A DNA stretch of 37,439 nt from an uncultured Oligoflexus sp. (GCA_964236955.1 CAXSGP010000024.1:13885-51323); one strand, 5' to 3'; shown: positions 10,011-19,600, counted from the first letter of the stretch. Numbers and translations: made by a program. Notes: generated by a model from the letters alone, not told the origin.

Positions 10011-11312
10011 TTAAGCAGGTATCGGGCTGGTTGCCTTGGTCTCAGTAATCTTTGCATGGGAAATGACAAAATCGATTGCCTTTTTAAAGAGCAACGATTC
10101 GCGGGCATGTTGGCCCATTGAGGCTTTGATGCTGTCGATAAGTTTGGCATCGGATGGCATTCCCCCCATTGATCCGCCAATAAGTTCTTTAACATAGAGG
10201 TCAAAGTCTTCATCTGTGACGTTAATCTTTTCTGACTTGATTACTTCAGAAAGAATGAGGGTGTTTCTTGCGCGCTGCAAAGCTGTCTCTCTTGCCTTCT
10301 CTCGTTCGCCCCCATTGGCCTTCGCCGACTTTCTTTCCGTCTCGGATTCAAACTCAGCCTCATCAAACATACTGTCGATCACCTGCTCGATCATCGAGGG
10401 CGGAACCTCAAAGCTGTTCGTTTTGTTTAGCTCCTCGAAGATACCGGTTTCGAGTTGATTGCGCCTATGACTTTCGGCTTGCTTATCGAGGCGGTCCCGT
10501 ATGTTGATCTTGAGGGCGGCGAGGTCTTCGAGGCCAAGGTCTTTAGCCAGATCGTCATTGACTTCAGGAAGCGTCAGCTCGGTGATGCTCTCAAGCTTGA
10601 CAGTGGCCGAAGCCTTCCTGCCGATTTTGCTTTTGTCCAAAACATGCTCGGGAACAGCGATTTCGACGGTTTTTTCTTCGTCGGCCTGCATGCCGACAAT
10701 GCCTTCTTCAAGCTCAGGGAGTAGGTAATTCTTGCCAAGTTCAACGGGCACTTTTTCGAAAGTGAATTCGGGAAAGACTTCCCCGTCGATCGTCGCCTTC
10801 TGGCTGATATTGACGACGTGGCCGGCTTGAGCAGCGGTGCCCTGTGGAGCATCCTTGCTTTTTGCCTGGCGCCGTTGAATGAATTCGATCTCGCGTTCGA
10901 CATCGGAATCGGCGACATCGACAACGCTGGCCGCCAGATTCAGGCCTTTATAGCCTTCGATTTTCAGAACGGGCAGAATATCAATTACAGCCGAGAAGGC
11001 ATAGTCGGCGTCTTCTTTAGGCAGGTCGAAGGTCTCAAGAACTGGCGCTGCGACAGGACGGAGGGACTGCTGTTCAATCGCTGTGAACAAATTATTGCGG
11101 ACCAATTGGTCGGCAACGTCATAGGCAATGGAACCAGCATACATCTTTTTGATGACATTCAGAGGGGCTTTGCCGGGACGAAAGCCGTTGATGCGTGCCT
11201 TGCCCTGCAATTTTTTATAAACAGAGTCAAATGCAGATTTGACATCAATTGCGCTGAGTTCTACCCGGATGCGGCGCTGAACTGAACTAACTTCTTCAAC
11301 ATGAGCCTTCAT
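10011..11312 (-). CDS. tig: Trigger factor
   Basis: Ribosome-binding signature 'GFRPGKAP', 433 aa, canonical tig-clpP-clpX-lon synteny. Confidence 0.97.
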   Translation of the reverse strand: MKAHVEEVSSVQRRIRVELSAIDVKSAFDSVYKKLQGKARINGFRPGKAPLNVIKKMYAGSIAYDVADQLVRNNLFTAIEQQSLRPVAAPVLETFDLPKEDADYAFSAVIDILPVLKIEGYKGLNLAASVVDVADSDVEREIEFIQRRQAKSKDAPQGTAAQAGHVVNISQKATIDGEVFPEFTFEKVPVELGKNYLLPELEEGIVGMQADEEKTVEIAVPEHVLDKSKIGRKASATVKLESITELTLPEVNDDLAKDLGLEDLAALKINIRDRLDKQAESHRRNQLETGIFEELNKTNSFEVPPSMIEQVIDSMFDEAEFESETERKSAKANGGEREKARETALQRARNTLILSEVIKSEKINVTDEDFDLYVKELIGGSMGGMPSDAKLIDSIKASMGQHARESLLFKKAIDFVISHAKITETKATSPIPA

Positions 11313-11405
11313 TTTTAACCTCTATGGGGGATCTCACTGAGATCTCTAATGCTCTTTGGGATCTCGAACGCGGCGGACTCATTCAGCCACCAGAAAAGTC
11401 TGCAA

Positions 11406-11433
11406 ATTATAGAAGCTCAGTCTGGATTGTCAA
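11406..11433 (-). promoter_or_regulatory. sigma70 promoter for tig
   Basis: Minus strand TTGACA-N16-TATAAT, both hexamers perfect, ~95 nt upstream of the tig ATG. Confidence 0.85.
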
Positions 11434-11443
11434 CGGTTGGTTC

Positions 11444-11470
11444 CAAAGGAAACAAAACGAGACCCGATCA
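11444..11470 (+). promoter_or_regulatory. Candidate sigma28-type promoter for the Hpt-like gene
   Basis: CAAAG-N14-CCCGATCA. Confidence 0.35.
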
Positions 11471-11562
11471 GGCGCTCAAGGTGTGAAACATTTGCCTCTC
11501 CCAATAGGTTTAAAATGGATTATGTGACAGCAACTCATAACTTTAATCTAGGAAACTTTGCC

Positions 11563-11853
11563 ATGATCGTCGAATTTGACCGAGGCCTCCAGGACGTTTT
11601 GCCACGTTATATCCGAGGCAGACAAGAAGACTTGGGCTACCTTCAACTGGCTCTGGGCAAAAAGGATTTTGGCCAAATTGAAAAGATCAGCAAACGCGTG
11701 GCGGGTACGGCAGAAACCTACGGCATAACCGTGTTAAGTGCGCTATCCAAGGAGCTGGTGACGGAAGCGGGCGAAAGACATTTTGAAGCCTGTGAAGCTT
11801 TGGTCCTTAAAATGCGTGATTTCCTCTCCGACGTTCGACCCAAGTTCGTATAA
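11563..11853 (+). CDS. Stand-alone Hpt-fold protein lacking the phospho-accepting His
   Basis: The ATG at 11563 follows AGGA. 'LPRYIRGRQEDL..LQLAL.KKDF.QIEKISKRVAGTAETYG...LSALSKEL' follows the Hpt pattern (D+..i...aHklKGsa..yG). Confidence 0.7.
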   Translation: MIVEFDRGLQDVLPRYIRGRQEDLGYLQLALGKKDFGQIEKISKRVAGTAETYGITVLSALSKELVTEAGERHFEACEALVLKMRDFLSDVRPKFV

Positions 11854-11866
11854 GGCCAAACTCTCC

Positions 11867-14485
11867 ATGATGAATCGCTTCGGGCTCATGCTCGCATTGC
11901 TCTGGACTGGGCTGGGCTTTGCTCAGTCTGAGCTAAGCTATCGAGCCACGCTGGCGATGAACCCAGGTTCTATCGAACTGGAAGCCCCCATAGCGGTGGA
12001 CTTCGAGATCGATGGCGTAACGGATGGTTCCTGCCTCTATGTGCCGGCCCAGGACCTGAGACTGCGCGATATCCTTCTGCTCGAATCGTTTAAGGCCGCG
12101 ACGCCCCAGGATAATGCCGGGCGGCAGACCTTGTCGTTCGAATGGCTGGACCAAGGCGAAGCCGAGCCGGTCGGTCCTGCCCTTTATCGTTTGCCACGCG
12201 GCATCCGTACTTTAAAACTGAAATACCAGCTTAATCTTGGCGGGTGGCGGGACCGCCCTCTGGCGCCCCGATTGTTAAGTCTTTGGCACCCTGTGCTGCT
12301 TAGATCCTGTCCGCGACCCGATGAAGAACCTTTTGCCAGCGTTTGGCCGAAGGCGAATTTTGACGTCCATATCGCAAATGTCGAGGGCTGGGAAATCGGT
12401 GCTCCCGGGCTTGAGAAGGACCATCATTGGGCCTATCAGGGCACCGCTTTTTCCGCAGTGTTTTACAAAACGGGGCATTTACAGACCCGGCAGGTCGGTG
12501 CGCAGACGCTCCTGGTCTATTCCCAATCGGAAAGCTTTGAAAAGCTGGCAGACTTCGCTGAGTACGCGATTGAGAAATTAGCCAAATTAACCGGCGCAAT
12601 CAAAGAGCAGACCCTACTCCTCGTCGAGACCGAAGATTTTGAACCGATCCGTACGCCTGGGCTTTTGACTCTGAATCGCCCTCAACAGCCCGCGATGAGG
12701 TACCTTCAGCAAAATATCTCTCATTGGAATGTCTGGCAGCTGTCCCTGCAGATCGCACAGCAGTGGTATGGGCTCGGCTGTCGGGCGGCCACCATTCATG
12801 ATCACTGGCTCGTTCAGGGCTTGGCGGATACTCTCGTCTCCAATGTTCTGATGGGTGACCAGGATTATTTTGAATTGTTTGCAAAGAATGATGACGGCAA
12901 GCCCTATTTCAATCTTAATTATCGGCAGGCCCAGGATTTAGCTGCTGCCTCTCTCTCTCTGCTTCACCCCGAGACCTCGCTGCTCGATGCCGAAGGTCGA
13001 TCGCATCCGCGAACCTTGGACACTCCTTTTATCGCCTACATAAGACATGCGCATTTTCTGCGCTATCTCCAGTGGAAACTCGGTGAAAGGGAATTTCACT
13101 CCTTCCTCCAAGAGATTACCGCCTCCTGTCAGGAGGCAAGTCTGGAGCCCAAGACTCTCCTCCGCCTGGTCGATAAATACCGACCCGGCCTTGGAGCTAT
13201 AATGATGAAGTACTGGCAATCGAACGATTGGCCCGATGCAGCTTTAAACGGGACCTTTGAACAAGACGGTAAGTACTATGCCCGCATGCATTTCGACAAT
13301 GAGCTGCTCCTTCCCGTCGACCTTTGGATCACCACGCATGACGGCCGAAAGCGCGTGCAGTTCGTTGAACCTTTGGCGCAGGATGTGGCAGTCCCCCTGG
13401 ACGTGGATCCTGCCGAAATCGTTAAAATGGTAATCAACCCGGGTCGCGCCATGTTCGATAAGGACCGATTTAATAATCGAACCGGAGCGCCCAAGATCAA
13501 CTTTTTCCCCGGTGGTGCCCGAGGCCTCGAAGATGATGCCTACACCATCGCCTGGTTTCCCTTCGCGACCAAGCTTCCGGGTGAGCCCTTTACCATTGAT
13601 CTGGCCTGGCAGACCTTGCGCTATCTTGGGTCTGGACTTACCGGCCTGATGCGTTACCAGCCGGTCGATAACCAAAGCGGCTTTAATTTGATCTATCTTA
13701 GGGCTATGCCCGAGAGCTCCTTATTCCTGATCGCAAAAGTAGCGCAGGACGATGGGCACGTTGAAGCCGGTGAGCGGCGGTTTGATCTTACCCTGAAAAG
13801 AAAGCCGCTTTGGTCGCTCTTTCCCCGCGTCGTCGCCTCGATCCGAATCCGCTCGAAGCAGATTTTAGGGCTGCCACAGACCGTCCATTTTACTTCCAGC
13901 GCAAACCTTGCTTATGGGAGCGAAGGGGGACGGGTCTGTTCCCATGAAGAGGAAGTGGAGGCCGAGGGCACAGCGTATGTTCCCTCGGGCGATTTTAAAT
14001 ACCTGAGAACTTTTTTTCGGGGCAGCGCCAGCTGTGAAAGCCGGCAGTTCGGAGGCCGCCTTCGCCTTTTCCTCGGATCGACGAAAGCCGAGGGGCAGGT
14101 GCCGAGCACCGCTCTTTACCGGGTGCAGAATCTTGATGAAGCCCATGTCCGCCTCGATAAACCAACCCTGCTCGGTGCTTTGCGGATCATGTCCTACAAC
14201 GTGGAAGGCAGTTTTCCCGCAGCCCTGCCTCTGCCGGACTCGTGGTTTATACTTCCGAGACGCTCCCAATTTAAATTGTTCTATGACAGCGCAAAAATGC
14301 ATGATCCTGATTTGAGCGTTGCCGTCGCCGGGGCAGGCTATAGCTTGCCGCTGGGTGGCGACATCGCGGGCAAAGACACGGTGACTTTTCTGCGCTTTTC
14401 CTTAAACGGGATTTTTTATCGCAAAATCGATGACGTGATCGATAGAAAAATCGGTATCCTTTTTGATTTTTCGGGAAATCTTTGA
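11867..14485 (+). CDS. Exported M1-aminopeptidase-like (gluzincin) protein with lost Zn ligands and a C-terminal putative outer-membrane beta-barrel
   Basis: Signal peptide 'MMNRFGLMLALLWTGLGFA'. 'LSLQIAQQWYG...WLVQGLA...YIRHAHFLRYL..KLGEREF' aligns to M1 motifs, followed by 'INP...DKDRFNN'. The C-terminal third has alternating amphipathic strands. Confidence 0.65.
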   Translation: MMNRFGLMLALLWTGLGFAQSELSYRATLAMNPGSIELEAPIAVDFEIDGVTDGSCLYVPAQDLRLRDILLLESFKAATPQDNAGRQTLSFEWLDQGEAEPVGPALYRLPRGIRTLKLKYQLNLGGWRDRPLAPRLLSLWHPVLLRSCPRPDEEPFASVWPKANFDVHIANVEGWEIGAPGLEKDHHWAYQGTAFSAVFYKTGHLQTRQVGAQTLLVYSQSESFEKLADFAEYAIEKLAKLTGAIKEQTLLLVETEDFEPIRTPGLLTLNRPQQPAMRYLQQNISHWNVWQLSLQIAQQWYGLGCRAATIHDHWLVQGLADTLVSNVLMGDQDYFELFAKNDDGKPYFNLNYRQAQDLAAASLSLLHPETSLLDAEGRSHPRTLDTPFIAYIRHAHFLRYLQWKLGEREFHSFLQEITASCQEASLEPKTLLRLVDKYRPGLGAIMMKYWQSNDWPDAALNGTFEQDGKYYARMHFDNELLLPVDLWITTHDGRKRVQFVEPLAQDVAVPLDVDPAEIVKMVINPGRAMFDKDRFNNRTGAPKINFFPGGARGLEDDAYTIAWFPFATKLPGEPFTIDLAWQTLRYLGSGLTGLMRYQPVDNQSGFNLIYLRAMPESSLFLIAKVAQDDGHVEAGERRFDLTLKRKPLWSLFPRVVASIRIRSKQILGLPQTVHFTSSANLAYGSEGGRVCSHEEEVEAEGTAYVPSGDFKYLRTFFRGSASCESRQFGGRLRLFLGSTKAEGQVPSTALYRVQNLDEAHVRLDKPTLLGALRIMSYNVEGSFPAALPLPDSWFILPRRSQFKLFYDSAKMHDPDLSVAVAGAGYSLPLGGDIAGKDTVTFLRFSLNGIFYRKIDDVIDRKIGILFDFSGNL

Positions 14486-14558
14486 GCCGCTGCCTTTTCT
14501 GCTTTCTCTCCCTCTTGCAAAAAGTTAAGCAGGTGTTTGAGTCACGCGAGGAAATATC

Positions 14559-15140
14559 ATGGCAGCACTGACCCCCATCCAGGAATTTGACAGCTGGTTC
14601 AAGGAGGCGCAAAAAACCACCCTGCGCTATCCCAATGCCATGGCGCTTGCGACCGTGGGAGCCGACGGGGCCCCGGCGGTGCGCATCGTTTTAATGAAGC
14701 ATTTCGATGAGATGGGTCTGGTTTTTTACACCAACCTTGAGAGCGGCAAATCCAAAGATATAAAGGCGAACGGCCAGGCAGCTGTTAATTTTCATTGGGA
14801 GGAACTGGGCCGGCAGGTGCGAGTTTCAGGCCCGGTAAAACCGGTCACGCCCGACGAAGCGGACAGCTACTTCGCCAGCCGTCCTCGTGACAGTCAAATA
14901 GGAGCATGGGCTTCCCTGCAATCGCAGCCGCTGCCGGCGCGTTCCGACTTCGAACAACGTCTTGCCGACTTTAGCAAAAAGTTTGAAGGCCAAGCCGTGC
15001 CCAGACCAGTTGGATGGTCAGGATGGCGTATTTATCCGGAGCGTATTGAATTCTGGCAAGAGCGTCCGTTTCGACTTCATGACCGCTGGGTTTATACCCG
15101 CAACCAGGGGGCCTGGAACCGTCAACTTTTATATCCTTAA
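14559..15140 (+). CDS. pdxH: Pyridoxamine 5'-phosphate oxidase
   Basis: 'PNAMALATV', 'RIVLMK', 'FYTN..S.K', 'YFASRPRDSQIGAWAS.QS', 'EFWQERPFRLHDR', 'LYP'. Confidence 0.97.
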   Translation: MAALTPIQEFDSWFKEAQKTTLRYPNAMALATVGADGAPAVRIVLMKHFDEMGLVFYTNLESGKSKDIKANGQAAVNFHWEELGRQVRVSGPVKPVTPDEADSYFASRPRDSQIGAWASLQSQPLPARSDFEQRLADFSKKFEGQAVPRPVGWSGWRIYPERIEFWQERPFRLHDRWVYTRNQGAWNRQLLYP

Positions 15141-15350
15141 GCAGCTAGAGCAACTCTTTGCGTTAGTAAATGCCGATTTGGCGTAGTCAGATCGATGATT
15201 TACGCTTGACTCGCTGCCTCCTATCCATTAACACCTAGCCTTCAAGTCCAGGCCAACCTGCTGACCTTGGCCTGTTCTTTCGAGGCTATGGATTCGCTTT
15301 GGCTGGTGTCCATTGCCGGTGAATTTTCATGAGGCTTTAGAGTATAGACG

Positions 15351-15989
15351 ATGTTTTACCTTGTCCTGAGCCTCGCCCAACTGGCCTTGACCCCACTGAT
15401 CGTATCAGGGATCGCCCGCTTCCATCGCGTGTCGCAACTTTTTGCCTTTCTTCTCGTCGCAGCCATCACTTACAATATTTTTGCCCATATCATTCTTGAG
15501 CACCTTGAAACTTTCGGCGTAGGAGCTCTGCTTGCGGCCGGAGGGGGCCTCATCATTTTTAGCTATGGCGATCACTTCTTCTTTACGGAATCCCATAAAA
15601 AAACGTCCTGGCTTTTTCTCATCCTCCTCCAGACCTTTCTCTTTCTGCATGCCATGACCGATGGTGCGGCCTTAATTAACGCCAATGATACGGGCCTTAC
15701 CAATCACCTTCATCCCGAGACCTTGAGTCAGAGCGTCCTTCTCCATAGACTTATGTTTGAAGCCTTTATTTGGAAGTATTTCTATGATCGCTATGGACAT
15801 AGGGCGGCCTTCCTGGTCCTGCTTAACATAGCTTTGGGTACTATAATCGGCTTTTTTGCAAGTCGACTGCTCTTTACGCATATGCCAGCCTATTTCGATC
15901 TATTTGAGGCCTTTATGGGAGGTGCTCTCTTTCATTTGGTGTATGATTATGTAAAAGAGAACGTGTTTAGAATTCGCCACCAGCACTAG
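15351..15989 (+). CDS. ZIP-like divalent metal transporter (divergent)
   Basis: Multi-TM protein with 'LHAMTDG' and 'VLLHRL' metal-site helices, C-terminal 'AFMGGALFHL' and a His tail. Adjacent to the CDF gene. Confidence 0.6.
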   Translation: MFYLVLSLAQLALTPLIVSGIARFHRVSQLFAFLLVAAITYNIFAHIILEHLETFGVGALLAAGGGLIIFSYGDHFFFTESHKKTSWLFLILLQTFLFLHAMTDGAALINANDTGLTNHLHPETLSQSVLLHRLMFEAFIWKYFYDRYGHRAAFLVLLNIALGTIIGFFASRLLFTHMPAYFDLFEAFMGGALFHLVYDYVKENVFRIRHQH

Positions 15990-16015
15990 TACCCTGCTGC
16001 CAAGGAGTTTCGTCG

Positions 16016-16957
16016 ATGGGCTCGGGTCATCATCACCACCATGGTCATCATCATGACCATGGCCATGAACACGGTCACGAACATGCCCCACAAAGCGGAG
16101 AGGACGTTCTCAAACGCATTCGTTTTGCCTTTATCTTAAATTTTGCCTTTGCGATTATCGAGCTCATTGGCGGTCTGCTCACGGGCAGTTTCGCTATAGT
16201 GGCCGACGCGATCCACGACATCGGTGATAGTTTCAGCTTAGGCCTGGCTTTTTATCTGCAAAAAAAATCTCAAGGTGGACCCTCTGCGCACCTTCCCTAT
16301 GGTTATCTTCGGTATTCGGTTGTTTCCGCCATCATAACGGGAATTGTCATGATTTCCGGATCCGTTGTCGTCCTCATCGAAGCCATTCAACGTCTGATCC
16401 ATCCCGAAGCCCTGCCAAACGTCATGGGAATGATAGGATTGGCGATCGTGGGAATAGCGGTCAACGGACTAGCGGCCTTTCGGCTGTCCCATGGCCATTC
16501 TCACAATGAAAGGATCCTTTCCTGGCATTTAATCGAGGATTTGCTGGGTTGGATCGTGGTTCTCATTGGAGCGGTCTGCATTTATTTCTTCAATCTGGTT
16601 TGGATCGATCCCTTGCTCGCGATCGGAATCAGCCTGTTCATCAGCTACAATGTGATCCGCAATCTTCGCGAACCCTTTCGCATTATTTTGCAATATGTTC
16701 CTGGACTCGAGGATATGACGGTCCTCGAAAAGCAGCTGGAAGCGATCGAGGGGGTCAGTAAGGTCCTTGAGGTTCAGGCCTGGAGCCTTGATGGTTACCA
16801 GCATGTTTTAACAACTCGTCTGCTTGTAACGGGCGAGGCTTCAGCTGATAGAGTACGCGAACGAGTAAGAGCCGATCTCAGGGAGAAAGGCTATAAGTTC
16901 GTGACGATTGAAATTGATCCTTCAAGCAGTCAATTGCCGAAGGCACCACCGTGCTGA
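16016..16957 (+). CDS. Cation diffusion facilitator (CzcD/ZitB-like Zn/Co/Cd efflux)
   Basis: His-rich N-terminus, 'SFAIVADAIHDIGD', 'YGYLR', 'WHLIEDLLGW', 'WIDP'. Confidence 0.93.
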   Translation: MGSGHHHHHGHHHDHGHEHGHEHAPQSGEDVLKRIRFAFILNFAFAIIELIGGLLTGSFAIVADAIHDIGDSFSLGLAFYLQKKSQGGPSAHLPYGYLRYSVVSAIITGIVMISGSVVVLIEAIQRLIHPEALPNVMGMIGLAIVGIAVNGLAAFRLSHGHSHNERILSWHLIEDLLGWIVVLIGAVCIYFFNLVWIDPLLAIGISLFISYNVIRNLREPFRIILQYVPGLEDMTVLEKQLEAIEGVSKVLEVQAWSLDGYQHVLTTRLLVTGEASADRVRERVRADLREKGYKFVTIEIDPSSSQLPKAPPC

Positions 16958-17023
16958 AGTTAAATTGGGGGTCTGTGGTGCTGCAGCGTCCCAGGGCGGC
17001 AATCCACGAATGATAGCCGGCAG

Positions 17024-18013
17024 CTACGCTGCCTTAACCGGAACCTTTTGCTCTGCCAAGGTCACGGCGCGGATGGTTTTGCTACTTAACAGGAATGCAT
17101 CGATGGATTTTTTGACAACTTTGAATGCCACGTCCTTTGGCCCACGGACTATAGCCACCGAATCGTCCAAATCGGGAAACATAGCTACCGTGTGTGGCCA
17201 GGCTTCCACCCGGAATCCAAAATTCTTGGCTTCCGACATCAGCTGTTTGAGTTCGACACTGAAGGTGTCATAGGCGGTGGCCTTGGCGCTTTTTGCCAGC
17301 ATCTCTAAAATGTCGACAAATTCCTGCGGCAAAACTTTTAAAGCTGGATTTTTCAAGCGGAGCTTTCGTGCGAAATCACCGAAACGCTCCAAATCCCCTC
17401 GATTTTGAATGACCAAAATATCTTTTTTATATTGATTTTTACTGGCTATGAGAAGTCCGCCCTTGATCAGTGCATTGAGCCAATGATCAATCTTGGCTTT
17501 TTCAATATTTAATATTTTGCAGAGATCCGTCAGAGCCACCTCTCGGTCGAGTGACCAGGTCTTGAGTTCCTTCGTGCCTTCTTTGTAGTAGAGCAGGATC
17601 AGGATCTGAAGAGTGCGAATCAATTCTTCGAGCGGATTGTAATTCGATTTATATTTGGATTCAAGGTCCTGCAGACGCTCATTGGTATCACGCAATCGTG
17701 TCGAAAGCGTAGCCATCAGGCTCACCAGCCATTTCGGAATCTGCTGGATGATCTTGTTGAAGTCGTCATTGGAAATCTGGGTGACTTCAGTTTCTTCCAA
17801 AGCTCTCGCCGAGGCAGAGCGCGGCTTTTTGTCGAAAAGCGACATCTCGCCTATCATCCCACCGGCGGCGACGCTGGCGAGCACGATATCGGATCCGGCT
17901 TTATCGAGGAAGATCTGAATCTGACCCTTGCGAAGAACATACATGCCGTCGGAACTGTCGCCAGTTTTAAACAGCAATTCGCCCTTTTTAAGGATTTTAT
18001 TCTTACCCGACAA
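17024..18013 (-). CDS. Cyclic-nucleotide-binding (Crp/Fnr-like) protein with an extended C-terminus
   Basis: 'LKKGELLFKTGD', 'MYVLRKG', 'IGEMSLFDKKPRSASARA'. TTG start with AGAGG upstream. Confidence 0.85.
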   Translation of the reverse strand: MSGKNKILKKGELLFKTGDSSDGMYVLRKGQIQIFLDKAGSDIVLASVAAGGMIGEMSLFDKKPRSASARALEETEVTQISNDDFNKIIQQIPKWLVSLMATLSTRLRDTNERLQDLESKYKSNYNPLEELIRTLQILILLYYKEGTKELKTWSLDREVALTDLCKILNIEKAKIDHWLNALIKGGLLIASKNQYKKDILVIQNRGDLERFGDFARKLRLKNPALKVLPQEFVDILEMLAKSAKATAYDTFSVELKQLMSEAKNFGFRVEAWPHTVAMFPDLDDSVAIVRGPKDVAFKVVKKSIDAFLLSSKTIRAVTLAEQKVPVKAA

Positions 18014-18051
18014 TCTAACCTCTTGATCCTGATGAGAGATGACTGTGTTAG

Positions 18052-18078
18052 GTATCGGTTGAATATCCCGAGGCTTAA
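18052..18078 (-). promoter_or_regulatory. Candidate sigma28-type promoter for the cNMP-binding gene
   Basis: Minus strand TTAAG-N14-ACCGATAC, ~40 nt upstream of the start. Confidence 0.55.
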
Positions 18079-18158
18079 GCCAAGGACTTTTAAGGTTTGC
18101 TTTCGGGCGCTAGGACATGCCGGCCAAGGTCCCAGGACGGCTCGGCAATAGCCGACCT

Positions 18159-18455
18159 TTATTCAATATAATAATCAATGGCAAGTACTTTTTCCACCTT
18201 GGGCCGGACGTGTTCGGCGACAAACTTCTGATGAACCGGATGCTTTTGATAGACATCCATGCTGTCCTTGTTTTCAAAGCGGCTGACCAGTGCCAATTCA
18301 TAGCCGTCACTACGATCCGACCAATTGATGCCGGCACTGATGTAGAGAATCTCGGGAATATGCTCCTTCAAAGCCCGCGCGGCGCTTACAAAATCCTGAC
18401 GGGCCTCGGGGGTGCAGGCGTCATTGCAGCGAAACAATACGATGTGTTCAATCAT
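18159..18455 (-). CDS. Dabb family (stress-responsive A/B barrel) protein
   Basis: 'MIEHIVLF', 'L...IPEI', 'Y.LALVSRF', 'YQKHPVH', 'AIDY'. Confidence 0.9.
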   Translation of the reverse strand: MIEHIVLFRCNDACTPEARQDFVSAARALKEHIPEILYISAGINWSDRSDGYELALVSRFENKDSMDVYQKHPVHQKFVAEHVRPKVEKVLAIDYYIE

Positions 18456-18625
18456 GAAAAATTAACCTTTGCGAGAGAGGGGCAGGCAGAATGGGACTTC
18501 GATTTTTATTAGGTATAGCCTAATCGCCCGCGAAGCAGAAGCGGAAGCAGGCCTAAAATAGAAATAAAAATGAAAATTTTCTGTCTGAGAATCAGGCGAA
18601 AGATGGCTAGCCAGATTGTGGCGGA

Positions 18626-19600
18626 TCAGGACTTGGGATTGAGGAGGAGCAGATCTTCGACGCTATAAGGCGCATAGCCCTGGTAAATATTCTGACTTGG
18701 AATCCGGGTGCGTGGGACGAGAAGGCCATCGCCAAGATACTGCGCAACTGCATTTTGAGGATTGTTTATACCATGCTTTCGAAGCGTCATTTCCAGGGCT
18801 CGACAGAGTTTTTCACCATTTTCAAAGCGCTTGTTGGCAACGGGATGGAGCATCATGCGAAACAGGGCCAGGAGGTCTTTAACCATCTCCTCGACCGTGC
18901 ATTTCAGATTTCTAAAGGATACGTTGGCCATATGCTGAAGGACGATGGGTACATTTTTTGAGCCTTCTAAAGCCGGGATAAGCTTGGTTCCCATGATAAG
19001 TTCCCAGAGCAAAAGGCCAATGACGTAGACGTCTGAAGCCGGGGTTACCGGACTGGCGGTAAGATGCTCGGGAGAATAGTACCCAGGAGTGCCAAAAATA
19101 TGCTCCTTTTTCACGAGCGAACTGACGTCAGCGGTAAGGCTAAAATCAGTGAGAAAGACTTTGCCGGTTTTCTCTATGAGGATGTTGGCTGCCGATAAAT
19201 CGCCATGAACCAGGTCTCGTAAGTGAAGGGCATCCAGACCGGTAGAAACCTGAACCATCAAGGCCATGGCAATGAGAGGTGGTACGCGACCGAAATGGCG
19301 AATCATGAAACGCGAAGGCCAACCATCGATAAAACGGCTTACGATATAGCACATCGGTGGTTTAAAATGATTGTCGAGAATGGGGACAAGGGAAGGATGG
19401 GAAACGGTTCGATGCATCATCAGTTCACGATGGAAGACCCCCAGGAATCGTTCGTCTGCGCCGTAGCGCTCGTGGAGCAATTTGAGCGCAACTATTTGCT
19501 TAGAGACAGTGTCGCGTGCCCTGAAAACTTTTCCAAGGCCACCTTCGCCGACCAACTCTAAAATTTCATACTGTCCGATTTTCCCCAAAACCTGCTGCAT
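18626..19600 (-). CDS. Hanks-type Ser/Thr protein kinase (atypical catalytic loop)
   Basis: 'GEGGLGKV', 'VALK', 'HGDLSAANIL', 'DFS', 'GTPGYYSPE', 'SDVYVIG'. Start placed at ATG 19600 behind AGGGAG. Confidence 0.88.
   Translation of the reverse strand: MQQVLGKIGQYEILELVGEGGLGKVFRARDTVSKQIVALKLLHERYGADERFLGVFHRELMMHRTVSHPSLVPILDNHFKPPMCYIVSRFIDGWPSRFMIRHFGRVPPLIAMALMVQVSTGLDALHLRDLVHGDLSAANILIEKTGKVFLTDFSLTADVSSLVKKEHIFGTPGYYSPEHLTASPVTPASDVYVIGLLLWELIMGTKLIPALEGSKNVPIVLQHMANVSFRNLKCTVEEMVKDLLALFRMMLHPVANKRFENGEKLCRALEMTLRKHGINNPQNAVAQYLGDGLLVPRTRIPSQNIYQGYAPYSVEDLLLLNPKS

Noticed and set aside
11313..11560. Expected tRNA gene upstream of tig
   Set aside because: No cloverleaf, T-loop GTTCGA or CCA arrangement was found. 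The region holds promoters and three GATCTC copies only.
16025..16085. CAT/CAC tandem repeats
   Set aside because: They encode the His-rich N-terminus typical of CDF transporters and are not an independent repeat element.
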